A DNA stretch of 63,186 bases, counting the filler, from Globobulimina sp. (lineage: Eukaryota), in the NCBI GenBank assembly GCA_003354225.1. It is 10 parts of 10 records of this genome, joined end to end, with 100 filler letters (N's around TTAATTAATTAA, not from the genome) between each part and the next. Parts side by side here need not be neighbours in the genome. Positions count along the whole stretch, not along the records: positions 6,344 to 12,584 come from PIVH01000332.1; positions 12,685 to 18,922 come from PIVH01000333.1; positions 19,023 to 25,259 come from PIVH01000334.1; 7 more parts are not named here. One strand, 5' to 3'. The notes below the pieces were generated by a model that saw nothing but the letters and a program-made list of their open reading frames with translations, made no database searches and was not told the DNA's origin. Both the position numbers and the translations under genes were made by a program. This document shows, in pieces, positions 11,930 to 23,599 of the stretch (positions are counted from its first letter, which is position 1; each line of letters opens with the position of its first letter).

Positions 11930-12365
11930 TCACTGAATGATAAATTTATCAAAAACTCGTCTTTTCACATCTTTGCGTTCTTCATCGGAAGAAAAGGTTT
12001 TTTCCATAACCGCTTGATCAAAAGCATTGTTAAAGCTTAAATAGTCCAGAATTTTTATCCGATCGACGATATCGGAAATTTCTAGCTCCATGTCGAATTC
12101 TTCAAGGTATCGATTTATGTCGCTATCAGTTTGAGTTGATTTAGTTTCAAAGGTTTTTAATTGTTCAATCAGTACTGGGTACCAGGCTTGAACGTAAACC
12201 TTTTTAGTTTTTAGACAGTCGACCATGCCGTGTGTTTGGCGAATATGGCGCGCTAGAATAAGTTAAAACCTTAAAAAAACAGGGACCGTATCCTAACTTA
12301 CCTATATTACTACGTGAAATGTACTTGCTACAGTACATACAAGAAACCGCAACTCCCCTACTCAT
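11930..12365 (-). CDS. C2H2 zinc-finger protein, 128 aa (intron 12253-12301)
   Basis: Splicing reconstitutes CMYCSKYISRSNIARHIRQTH. Confidence 0.75.
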
Positions 12366-12684
12366 CACAGTAACAATGATTTTATTCACAAACAGAGCCA
12401 AAGAAGTTTTATTCAAAAACACAACCAATGATACATGGTATAAATAGCGTACGCCGTAACATTACACTTTTGTTCAATAATACCGTATTGCAAAACACCT
12501 CTATTAAAACGAAGGTTTACATAAGGTACTAGTTCGAAATGATATCCTCCTTTAATTTCCAGTGGTTCTAAAGTTTCGAATACTNNNNNNNNNNNNNNNN
12601 NNNNNNNNNNNNNNNNNNNNNNNNNNNNTTAATTAATTAANNNNNNNNNNNNNNNNNNNNNNNNNNNNNNNNNNNNNNNNNNNN

Positions 12685-12986
12685 ATTGGTTGAGCCAATC
12701 TTAATAAAATATATAATCCCTTCTGAACCAGTTTGAGTGAGTTACATATTGTTTGTTTGAATCTTTTCATTGTTAATTCCGCATTAATATTGCAACTAAA
12801 TTCAAACCATCCTATCTGGAATGGACGTATTTCGGTTTTAATTAAAGATTCGATGTTAACGTTAATAATATCCAATTCGAATTCTTTTTGTTTGGTTTCT
12901 TGTTGTTCTCTGGCTTCCAATCGAGAGTCTAAGAAATCGGGCAGTATTAAGTAGTCAATAGATTCAGTTTGCTTTGAGTCTGCCAT
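12685..12986 (-). CDS. 5' fragment of hypothetical protein
   Basis: ATG-initiated ORF running into the contig edge. Confidence 0.4.
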
Positions 12987-13037
12987 TGTTCTGGCTTATT
13001 AACACTACTTGAATATTAATTAACATTTACAACAATA

Positions 13038-14321
13038 ATGGAAGTCACAACAGCGATAATTGAATGCATTTTTGCTGTGGTATTATGCATGTTATTGCTA
13101 CTAATTTTAGTGAAAAGTTGCAGATATCTGTTGTGCAAAAAAACATTAGTGATTGCAGATAAACAAGTATATGTGCTGAGGGAGTCGAAAAATCGCAAGA
13201 AAAGAAAGATAAAAAAAGAGAAATTAAAAATATCATTTGAACCTTATACAAGATATGCTACAATTTGTAGCCTGACAGCGTCTTTTTTCGCCACTATTTC
13301 AGCATTGTATGCAATGATTACAATCACAATGACATTGAAAATGAATCAGACATCACTAATGCTTGCATTCTCATTGTGGTACATTGCCCGCATATTAATG
13401 AATTGTGTATTTGTTGACAGATTGCATTCGTTCAATAATACTCAATGGAATTATGGCAAATATGTATTTTACTTTTTCTACACCTTATTATCATTCATAA
13501 TTTTTATATCCATCTTAGAAATTATGACATTAATCGTTGCGGCACAATTGCACGGACAGTATACTATTATTATTATTATTGGAGTGGTGCTGTTTGCTTT
13601 GATGATACTTCTCGATATTTTGTGTTCCATTGTCCTCAGTGTCTTATTTCAACGCAAAATATTACAATTAATTAAATCATATTTTTTAACATTCCAACAA
13701 GGCATGAAACACAATGAAAAGAGTAACAATATTGATATCGATATCAATGACAACTGTGATAAATTGGAAGATGTGCAGTCGCAACGGACGCATACAACAG
13801 TATCGTTGCCAGACGTTCCCAGTGTTCATAATCACAGCAAAACGTGGTCGGAGTTATCGCATCAAATATTTTATAGCCACCTTCTTTCAGATGCGCGAGT
13901 TGGAGGGGACAAGAACGACAACTTTGAAATGGATATTACTGACAATAGAAGGCCGGATAAGGATATATTTATGAAAGAAAAGTTATATAATCATGGCAAA
14001 TTGGAGTTGATTAATACAATCACTCAACATACGATATTAATTTGTTCGTCGTTGATTACATCATTAATGGTGCTATTTATTGCCATCATTGCGTCGATTG
14101 TTATATTTGAGCAAAGGCAAAAAAGTCAACTTGCTCCCATAGTGAATGGCTGGTTTTACTTTGTTTTTTCCATTGTGGTGGATTCTTTTGTCAATTCGTT
14201 GTGTTTATATTTCCATTTTCCATTTTCGAGCTATAAATCACTGTGTTCAAAGAATATTTGTTTACATAAAATATGTTTAGCGTTTGTTGCAAAATATATT
14301 GATAAAAGGATTGCACAATGA
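13038..14321 (+). CDS. 7TM (GPCR-like) membrane protein
   Basis: About 7 hydrophobic helices, F..RL after TM3, long third inner loop, D.FVN..C in the last helix. Confidence 0.65.
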   Translation: MEVTTAIIECIFAVVLCMLLLLILVKSCRYLLCKKTLVIADKQVYVLRESKNRKKRKIKKEKLKISFEPYTRYATICSLTASFFATISALYAMITITMTLKMNQTSLMLAFSLWYIARILMNCVFVDRLHSFNNTQWNYGKYVFYFFYTLLSFIIFISILEIMTLIVAAQLHGQYTIIIIIGVVLFALMILLDILCSIVLSVLFQRKILQLIKSYFLTFQQGMKHNEKSNNIDIDINDNCDKLEDVQSQRTHTTVSLPDVPSVHNHSKTWSELSHQIFYSHLLSDARVGGDKNDNFEMDITDNRRPDKDIFMKEKLYNHGKLELINTITQHTILICSSLITSLMVLFIAIIASIVIFEQRQKSQLAPIVNGWFYFVFSIVVDSFVNSLCLYFHFPFSSYKSLCSKNICLHKICLAFVAKYIDKRIAQ

Positions 14322-14603
14322 AGTGAATCAACTATTTATTATGTTGGTGCTTTTTGATTGTTTTTATTGTTTGTATTGGATATATATCACTCCATTTATG
14401 TATTTTACATTTAGTATAATTTAATTCACGTTTTCCATCACTGCGTAAAGTCCGGTAATAAATATGTTGCAGAAAAACGTTTTAATTTTCAACATAAATC
14501 AGAGTGGCTGTGAAACAAAAATCTGTTGAAAGCCGATTTTGTTCGGTGTTTGGTTGAATTAATTTATTAATTAAATAAAGCACTTTGTTTTGGTGCATGT
14601 AAT

Positions 14604-17353
14604 TTACAATATTGATTTCTTTAAACCCAACATCTGCTGCGTAAAGAATTGCACATTAATTTTCTTTGGCATTGTGTCATTTAACTGGTGTCTATTATAT
14701 CCAGTTAATGATTGGAAACAATGTACTAATTCATCTCGCGACATTTTATCACCTTTTCTTTGCAATATTTTCATGAAATTTTCACAATTATTATTTCCAG
14801 CCATGACAGTTTCAAATGATTCATGTAATTCATCTAAACTTATCTCATAAATTGATTTATAATTTACATACAATTGAATAAATTCATTCAAATTTATTTT
14901 TTCACCAAATCGATATATTATTTCTTTTCTTATTCTTTCGATATCACTTAATGTTAAAAAACAACCCAAAGCTTGAAATATTGAAATTATTTGTTTGATA
15001 TCAATCTGATTTGAAATGGACGCAGAGACGGTCGATATTTCCCCTTCATTTTCAATTTGAGCATAGGTAAAATAATCGCAAATCTCTTCATATTCTTTTG
15101 TATCTAATAAATTTGCAAATATTTGATTTAAATTATTTTCTTCATCACAATCAATAATTTGCTTATTTAAAACATCTTCATTTATTTTCCAAATCAACAT
15201 CGATTTATCAGAACCTCCGTTTGTTATCAAATATTTCTCGTTATTCATTAAGATAATTTCAAATCTATTTATATTTCCTGGATGCGAAATACATCCAAAA
15301 TATCGCTGTGGATTCCCATTAAAAGGGCCTTGCATTAAACCAATCACTTTGTCCATAGTACAAAATAAAAATCTCTTCATATTGTTATCCAATGCAATTA
15401 TTTTTTTAATGGGTGCACCAAATGCCGGCCCAGCCACACTTTTATAAAATGCCAATGGCTCAATCTCTTCTTTTTGCTCTGGCTGTGAGTGATAAAAATG
15501 TAGTTTTAATTCATCATCAAAGAGAATTAAAGAATCATTTTCCGCCATAAACTGTATACAAGTCGGCGAACTGTTGTGCTTCGAATGAAATGTATATTTT
15601 ATTCGCAATCCAATATTTGCGTTTGATGCATGCAAATTATATTCATTTATTAAATTTTCATTACAAATACTAAATAAACGGACATTTTTATTTGAATCGT
15701 CACTAAAATGGATACATTTTATATCTTTTTCATGTGATTTATAATTACCAATTAATATCCATTCCTGATCCGCATTTTGCTTTTTTTTATAAACAGAAAT
15801 GCGATTTGATTGACAAAAGGCAATCCATTCTCCATTCATTGAAAAGGATAAATTGCAAATATTTGCACTCAAATATGAGGTCTTAAAAAATTGTATTTCT
15901 TCAAATTTATTTGTATCATAAATACGTAAATAATCTCTATCTGTGGCAAACATTAAATATTTGCCGTTTGGTGAAAATATAATATCAGTGATAATCTGCG
16001 GAGTTGATAAGGTAATATTTTTTATAATTTTTTTTTCCATAATATCCCAAATTTGTATTTCAGAATTTCCATTTCCAACAGCCATTATTGGTAATATTGG
16101 ATGGCATGACATTGCTGTACAAATTGAATTAAATGTATCCATAATCACATCATGTGTACCTGTGGCCTGCCAATATTTTATAATTTTATTCTTTTTTGTA
16201 GCAATAATCATATTCGGAACACTAAATTTGTTATTTACTGACGATATATCTCCATATTTGCTGATATTTAATGGAAACGATATCGAATTTACTTCGCCAC
16301 CTAAATAATTTAAGCAACCAATAGCACGGAATTCAAAATCATAAAAACAAACACAGCCCGACGATGATGACGATGCTAACATAATAATATCATTGTTATC
16401 CAATACAGAAATACAATTAATTGAACCACGCGTTATTTTATTAATCACTTTGGATATTATACGATGACTAAGAACTTTATCCTTAAATTGCCAAACAATT
16501 AAATCGCCGCAGTTTGTTGCTGTTATTAATGAGCCGTCATTGATGGGTAAAAACGAAGATGCTGTCAAGTCCCCAATTGCTGACAAATCAATATTGTGCA
16601 CATTATCTGTCAGTTGTGTGTAGTACGGATTTAGTTTAATTTCAGAATCATTGTTTTGTGAATATATTAACGACCAAAATATGAAATTATTTATATTTTT
16701 GCCATGTGTTACAATCTCTGATGAATCTTGATTGAATGCAATAAAATGATGTAATTCAGAGTCGTTTGCTTTGTTTTCTATTTTATGTTGAGATAATAAT
16801 TTGAATTCTGTTATTTCTTGATCAATTTCCGAATTTTCACAGTCATCAAATGTTGTATACTTTTTAGTTAATGACCAAATAATTAAATGTTGAACAATGT
16901 CGTTGTTTACTGATTCATTTATAATGGCGGACAATAAGTTGGTTTTTTTGTTGATTGTTAATGATTTGACGCCAAAGTTTGATGGTAATTCATATTGGGA
17001 TAATAAGCGATATGTGGAAGCATTCCATATTGATATTTTTGAGCTATTGTTTGATGCGCCGGAATCACCTAAAATCAATAACTTTTTATCTGATGATATT
17101 ATTGACGACGTGATTATATTTGTGTGTAATGATAAAAATAGCTGCTTTTTGGTGTGTATGTTGTAAATAACACCGTTATTTGACACTGGATAAAATATTA
17201 TTTCTTCGTTTTTATTATTGTTTTGCAATGAATGGACACAATTGGGAATGCTCGAATTGATACCAAATGCCCATTCCAATTCCTGTGGAAATTGTATGAA
17301 AGATAAAGTTGTGTTTACTAATGTATATGAATGAAACCTACCAAAGCAGCCAT
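14604..17353 (-). CDS. CFAP251: Cilia- and flagella-associated WD40 protein, WDR66/CFAP251-like (intron 17283-17341)
   Basis: LEWAFG.N start, multiple WD40 repeats, DKVIGL..PFNGNP...HPG, DYFTYAQI and a C-terminal degenerate EF-hand region. Confidence 0.8.
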
Positions 17354-17472
17354 TGGATACGCGTGGAATATATGTTATGTGCAGGGATTATTTCGATTCA
17401 GCGTTTCGTTTAATATAACTTCAAATGTATAAAATGCTTGCTTAAATTTGCTCGAAAACTGTTTGTAGAAAC

Positions 17473-18501
17473 ATGGCATCTAAAACAGCCATCTCCTCTG
17501 GTTTGTGGGTATTTACATTAATATTTTTGAGCTTATGTTCAATATATTTATCATTGTGCTTAATATGGTTATTGCATTCATTATTTAAATCAAATGGAAA
17601 CCATAGACAATCAGTGGCTACTTTCTATATTTACATATCCATTTCATGCCTGATATTTTCTATCGGAACAGCATTTAGCGATTTATGGCATGCTATCATG
17701 GCCTATATCGATGATATTCCAATGTATGATCTCAGCCTCAAACACATTACTATCATTGCTGATATTTTTTATGTCTCAACAATGACTGTAGTTTACTTAT
17801 TTATGATAGGAAGAGTGTACTATACTTTCTACAATAGTTTTTTTCAGATTTCGCAGAAATTGACAGCATTTTACTTGTTACTTATTTTGTGTAACCTTAT
17901 ACTATGGGTTATATATATTATTATTCTCATTGTAGTCACAGATTATAATATGGCTGTTATTTTACTTGGACATTTAGAAATTGCTCTGTTAATTGTCGAT
18001 TCTGCCTTAAATATGTCATTAATGGTACTATTCATTGCAAAATTGCATCAATTAATTTGTTCCTCAGTGGCCACAAATTCTGCAAATATTTCTTTAATTT
18101 CAGTGGATAACAATAGCAACAACAATGATGTTGATGTTGTACTGGAAGAAGATCAATATTGTCATTTAAATATTATTTGTAAACATACTGTATTATGCAC
18201 TTGGGCCATATTTCTCAATCTTATCTTCTATGGAACTAATTTATACAGCGACTTTATAACAACCTATAATCCATCGGAGGATATGTACAAATTGATGTAT
18301 TGCAACAGGACATTGGGCATAGTGATAAATGCAATGGTCGTGTTTTTTAATTTTAAATTTACAAAGATTTATTATGATTTCTTTTGTTATTTTTGTCACA
18401 TTGGACTCAAGAAATGTTTTTTTCGATGGACGAAGAGGAGCGTCACACGGATTGTTTCAAAGTCGATCGGGAAAACACTGAATAATAAAACAATTATCTA
18501 A
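17473..18501 (+). CDS. 7TM (GPCR-like) membrane protein
   Basis: About 7 hydrophobic segments, RVYYTF..S.F, LF..KL, KHT.L and C..CH tail shared with the other 7TM ORFs in this window. Confidence 0.65.
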   Translation: MASKTAISSGLWVFTLIFLSLCSIYLSLCLIWLLHSLFKSNGNHRQSVATFYIYISISCLIFSIGTAFSDLWHAIMAYIDDIPMYDLSLKHITIIADIFYVSTMTVVYLFMIGRVYYTFYNSFFQISQKLTAFYLLLILCNLILWVIYIIILIVVTDYNMAVILLGHLEIALLIVDSALNMSLMVLFIAKLHQLICSSVATNSANISLISVDNNSNNNDVDVVLEEDQYCHLNIICKHTVLCTWAIFLNLIFYGTNLYSDFITTYNPSEDMYKLMYCNRTLGIVINAMVVFFNFKFTKIYYDFFCYFCHIGLKKCFFRWTKRSVTRIVSKSIGKTLNNKTII

Positions 18502-18685
18502 ATACAAAACAAATGTCTGTCTTTTTTTATTTGTAACAATCAACAAAACATTCCGTAAATTAAAAAAATACATCTAGAGTTTTCAAACAATCACAAACAA
18601 GACTACAAAATGATTTATTTATTATAAATTTATTTGTTGTACAATTCTTAAAAAAAATAAAACAAAGAAACGCTCTAAATTAAAA

Positions 18686-18922
18686 TTAATTATTTCCATA
18701 ATGGCTACTTTTCGCTTCGTTAACATATTGAACCCCTCCTCTTTTTTGAACTTTATGTTTCTTTTGTTTTGAATGCCTTCCATTATGTAATTCTTCCGTA
18801 TACGTAACTCCTTTAACATGCATTTCCGTCAATTCCTCTCTATCCGCTCGGTGTGCCAATGTTTTTGATTTTAAATGATGCGCTTGTTTGATTGACTCCT
18901 TTTGATTCTCATCCATCACTCT
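18686..18922 (-). CDS. 3' fragment of hypothetical protein (possible RPEL-like motif)
   Basis: L..HRADREEL; truncated by the spacer. Confidence 0.3.
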   Translation of the reverse strand, partial: RVMDENQKESIKQAHHLKSKTLAHRADREELTEMHVKGVTYTEELHNGRHSKQKKHKVQKRGGVQYVNEAKSSHYGNN

Positions 18923-19263
18923 NNNNNNNNNNNNNNNNNNNNNNNNNNNNNNNNNNNNNNNNNNNNTTAATTAATTAANNNNNNNNNNNNNNNNNNNNNN
19001 NNNNNNNNNNNNNNNNNNNNNNTTACGATATTTTCCATATTTTCTCTGTAATTTCGGATCATTGGAAGTTTTGACGTATCTCTCAACCGTCATTTTCCTG
19101 GGTTTAAAAGTGTATTTTTTACGTAAGCTTTTTTTCGACCATTTTGCTGCTTGTGCCAACACATGGGATTCAATGTGATTTCTTTGTTTCAGGGGCATGG
19201 TTCAAACCTACTCAACCTAGCTAAAAAAAGTAAAAACTGCTTAAATAAATCTTCACAGTGAAA

Positions 19264-20282
19264 ATGAAACTGTTGAATCGTGCCCACTCTCTCCTAAAAT
19301 CAACCTCTGAGTCTGGGAAGTCTCGGAAATTATTAGTTAGACAACAACAAAGATGCATGAACGGATTTGACTACGGCAGCTGTAATTTGCCATTGTTGAA
19401 ACTTAATTTATCATCGTATCAACAACCGTTACACGATGAAGATAGTTTTTTCATTTATGACAATTCATTTGGCGTCGCCGATGGAGGTAAAAAATTTACA
19501 TTTTTGATGACTTAAATATTTTTCATTCATCATAAATAGTTGGCGGATGGAATAATGTGACAGGCGGAAATCCAAAAGAATTCTCTCGCCGAATAATGGA
19601 TAATTGTGTGTCTGAGTTACATTCGATAGTAAACAATCCAAATGGTGACGGAAATGCATATTTAAATGCAAAAGATCTGTTAGTTCGCGCATCAATCCCT
19701 GTGATGGAAGATAAGTCGTTATTGGGTGGCTCGACTGCTTTGATTGGAATGTTAATAAATAAAAATATATTAAGCATCAGCAACGTCGGTGATTCTCGTT
19801 TCTATTTATTTCGAAAATTTGTGGATAGAACTGTACCAATTTTATATTTTATATCGCCAGAACAAATATATTCATTCAATGCGCCCATTCAATTGTCACC
19901 CGCACAATATTTAGAGACTAATAATTTAGCCATTGATCCAAATCTATGGTCGGAATATTATGAATTGCCAATCACTGTCGGTGATATAATATTATTTGTT
20001 ACTGATGGTGTATCGGATAACTTATTTCCATATGAAATCAGTGAAATTGTTATGGATGGATACAAACAAAATGCACATAAAAACACAAAGGAATTAAGTT
20101 CATATTTATCAGAAAGCATTGTGAAAGCAGCCGTCCATAAACAACAAGACACAGCAGTTGATACACCATTTGGTGATACACCATTTGAAAGCATTGTGAA
20201 AGCAGCAGTTGATACACCATTTGGTGTGGCAAAACCTGATGATACTACTTGTATTGTTGGCGTTTGTACAGATGAAATGTAA
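19264..20282 (+). CDS. PTC7: PP2C-family phosphatase PTC7-like, probably mitochondrial (intron 19487-19539)
   Basis: Splicing gives EDSFF..GVADGVGGW; also GGSTA, NVGDS, FNAPIQL, TDGVSDNL and KPDDTT. Basic N-terminal presequence. Confidence 0.88.
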
Positions 20283-20434
20283 TGTGTCCTTGACAGCGCA
20301 AATCTATTCTTAGCACTCTTGGAGAGTCAACGTTTTCTGGAAGTGTGCTCTCTTGGGAATCGTTGGAAGTGACACAAATTCAATGCAAACTATAACTATA
20401 AGAGAACAAAAACAAACAAACAAACATTCTGTCA

Positions 20435-21901
20435 CTACATACTAAATACAAACTTATATTCAGCATGTGATTCTTTTCCAGTATTTGCTGTCACGCCATC
20501 TTCATCCAATTGATTCATGGAATTATCATCATTTCCATCAACATCCTCTTCATTTAGTCCATCATTCATAACGTCTCCATGTCCTAATATATGCGTATTA
20601 TTTTTATCATTTATCTCCATTTCTCCGAGTGCTTTTACTTCTGTTTCATTGATAGTATCAATAACATCATTATCATTATCCTCGCCAATAACATTAGGTT
20701 GCAACTGACCGCCAATACCCTCTTCCTCCTCTTTATACTCACCACTATTCCCATAGATATGCGCAGTATTTATCTGATCTAATGCATTATTAATATTATC
20801 TTTGTTAGCTAATAAATAATGAATTGCAGCTTCTTCGTTCTTATTTTTAGATTGATATGCTTCCATTGCATCCTTCTTATTACATCCCACCACATTTATT
20901 ATTGCATTGATGGTGGCTTCATCTTTTTGTCTAATCGTTTCTATTTCGTTTTTCATTCTTGTCTGTTCCTCAGCTTTTTGTGTGCTTTTTTCCTTTTTTC
21001 CATACCAATATCCCGCAACAATAGCTCCGCCAAACAACACTATGACTCCAACCACTATAATAATTATAATAGTTGCTGTGTACTCGTTGGAGTTTGAAAA
21101 TAACGCACTGCCAGCTGTTGGGGCCCGACTTGGGGGTGCTGTTGTCGAGGATATTGTTGACGGTGTTGGTTCCAGTTCGCCGCTGGAGATGTGCACTGGA
21201 GATGGTGCCATTGGAGATGGTCGCGTTGGGGATGAAGTGGTAAAAGCATCACATTGCTGCAAATCACACAAATATTTATTATCAACAACAATGTACTGTG
21301 GATGTGTAGTACATTCTGTGAGATAATCTTGTCCGCAATGCATGGTAATGTCATTCGAAAAAGTACCATTATTGCCGTCGTCAGTTGCGAGTAATGTCCA
21401 CTGCACAGTTTGCCAGCCATATCTGCTGTAAATGTTATTGTTGTTGCCACAGACTGAAAGCACGGGTTCTTGATAGGTTCTGTTTGTGGTTATGCCGCAT
21501 GTAATAAATGTGCCGATTGTGCTGATTGACGCAGTTGGAGTGTATATATTACTTTCGCTCAATTCGTTTGGTTGATTGTAAACATTAATTGTCAATTTTG
21601 TTGCGTGTTCAGCGTGTATAGTTAACTCATTGCAACCACGACTGTCTCCATATTCTAGTATATTGTGATCAACATCTCTGGAAGAATCACAGTTGACGGT
21701 TAACTCTGCATTTATTGGTCCATAAATGATAGCTGTCCAGCAAGCGAGAGATCCATAGCAGTTGAGAATGCAGTTCAGATCGTTGACACATACAAATGGC
21801 ACACTTGGGTCATTGTAATCGAAATATTCAAATGGAACAACACATAAAGTGCATTGAAACAACGATGCAGTAACACATAACAACAATATCCACATATGCA
21901 T
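20435..21901 (-). CDS. Type I membrane protein: signal peptide, Cys-rich ectodomain, PT-rich stalk, TM, cytoplasmic UBA-like motif
   Basis: MHMWILLLC signal; IIIIIVVGVIVLFGG TM; INVVGCNKKDAMEAY..NEEAAIHYLL is UBA-like. Confidence 0.7.
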   Translation of the reverse strand: MHMWILLLCVTASLFQCTLCVVPFEYFDYNDPSVPFVCVNDLNCILNCYGSLACWTAIIYGPINAELTVNCDSSRDVDHNILEYGDSRGCNELTIHAEHATKLTINVYNQPNELSESNIYTPTASISTIGTFITCGITTNRTYQEPVLSVCGNNNNIYSRYGWQTVQWTLLATDDGNNGTFSNDITMHCGQDYLTECTTHPQYIVVDNKYLCDLQQCDAFTTSSPTRPSPMAPSPVHISSGELEPTPSTISSTTAPPSRAPTAGSALFSNSNEYTATIIIIIVVGVIVLFGGAIVAGYWYGKKEKSTQKAEEQTRMKNEIETIRQKDEATINAIINVVGCNKKDAMEAYQSKNKNEEAAIHYLLANKDNINNALDQINTAHIYGNSGEYKEEEEGIGGQLQPNVIGEDNDNDVIDTINETEVKALGEMEINDKNNTHILGHGDVMNDGLNEEDVDGNDDNSMNQLDEDGVTANTGKESHAEYKFVFSM

Positions 21902-22493
21902 GCTAGCTAAGCACTCGTTATTAGCGTCAATTTCAGGTTGGATATATTCTTGAAACTTTTTCACGCTGACATTAACTTGAAACTTACTGCAGATTTTACA
22001 AGAATATTTTCCTGAAATGGTTTGCAAAATAAATTTATTTTGGATATGAAGGAACATGATGATAAAAGAGAGGGATAGCGGGCGGAAAGGAGGAAAATAG
22101 AACAAGCGCAGTCATTACGTAAGCAAAAAAAGGAGAGATTGAAGCTTTTCAAACGTACACAAACATGTACAAAAAAAGAAAGGAGAATTAGATTTGGAGA
22201 ATACAGACAATAAATATCAATATGATGCAAATGATGATGAAGATACAGAAAGAAAACAAAGAGTGTTGCAATTTATGCACTTTTTTGAACACGGGCGCAA
22301 AGAAAACTTAATATCTTGTAATTTAATTAAATAATATGATACAATCACAACACATATGAAAGTTCGTATCACAAGGTTAAATTGCTATGATTTCATAGCA
22401 ATAACAAACAAAACACATGCACACGTTATGTGTATCACACAGCAAATCCATACTGTCACACAATCAAAAGAAAAAAGTTAAATAATTTAATAT

Positions 22494-23210
22494 TTAATAT
22501 TCGATTCTAAATCTTTCTGTATTCCTCACATAATCACACAGCTGCTTCAAAACTTCAATTCTTTGATTCAATTTCATATTCATCGCTAATTTATTCCTTT
22601 TTATCTCTTCCTCCATTAACTCCCTTTGAAATGGAAATAGGAGAAATTCAATCAGATCTTCATAACTTATGCATTCAATCTTACTTTGATATGCCATCTC
22701 ATAAATAGAGTCAATCGAATCTAATAAGTCCGATCGTTGCTGTTCGTATGCTTTGCACTGTTAATCACGGCTCCTCCACAAACGAAAGGTTTCATCACAG
22801 TCAACTCGGCGCACCTCATATCTCGCCCCAGTCACGCATTGCATAATCTGTTGTGATATCAGTTTGGTGATTGGATCACTTTCAATCATCTCCGTAAAGT
22901 GCTGATAGCTCTGTATAATGTCACCAGCCACTAACAATAAGAATTTTCTTTGACATAAATTCATAATTTCCCAAACGACTGGCATTGGACTTTGTGGAAT
23001 AATAAATTGGACACAGTTGCGTCGACCTGAACAATCCGCAAATTGAGTGATATCTTGAAATGTAATGATGTGTTGTTCCAGCGGTATGACATCAATACTT
23101 TTTTGCTCACTTGGGTCAATATCATAGACATCTTTAATAACGAATTGTTGTCCCTCGATGTCATATCTTGCTACAGCCTGGGCTACGTCTCTGTAGATTC
23201 GCTGGACCAA
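22494..23210 (-). pseudogene. Hypothetical gene with in-frame TAA at 22761-22763
   Basis: ORFs 22761-23210 and 22494-22697 share a frame and are separated only by this single stop. Confidence 0.45.
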
Positions 23211-23599
23211 GAAGTACTATTACAAAATTATAGAAACATACCATAAATAGTGCGTTGAATAGGCGATAATGTAGGTGATGATGATGTTGGTGTAGGAAAT
23301 GAAGTAATTCCAGAAATAATCTATAGCATGTTTATTATATGATGGCTCGTTTGCATGTTTATTATATAATTCATTACAACACGATGTAGTCTCTGTATTC
23401 AATTCATCACAAACAAATCTTTTTCAAAAAAGTTGCTCAAAAAGTGATAAGAGCATCCGGTTTACAACGTCATATTTTTAAATTTTTTATTGGGCAACGG
23501 TCGAAGCAAACCGTTTCTGGTGACTGAGGAAATCTGACGCTGAAAACCATATCCTCTTAAATTTGAAAAAAAAGAAAGATGGCATAAAAAAAAGAAAAT

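Larger units (their letters stand above)
6579..12365 (-). mobile_element. Maverick/Polinton (adintovirus-like) partial element: ZnF, integrase, penton, major capsid, packaging ATPase, two small ORFs
   Basis: Co-oriented compact cluster with recognisable Polinton INT, PX, PY and ATPase motifs. pPolB, protease and TIRs are not on this contig. Confidence 0.93.
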
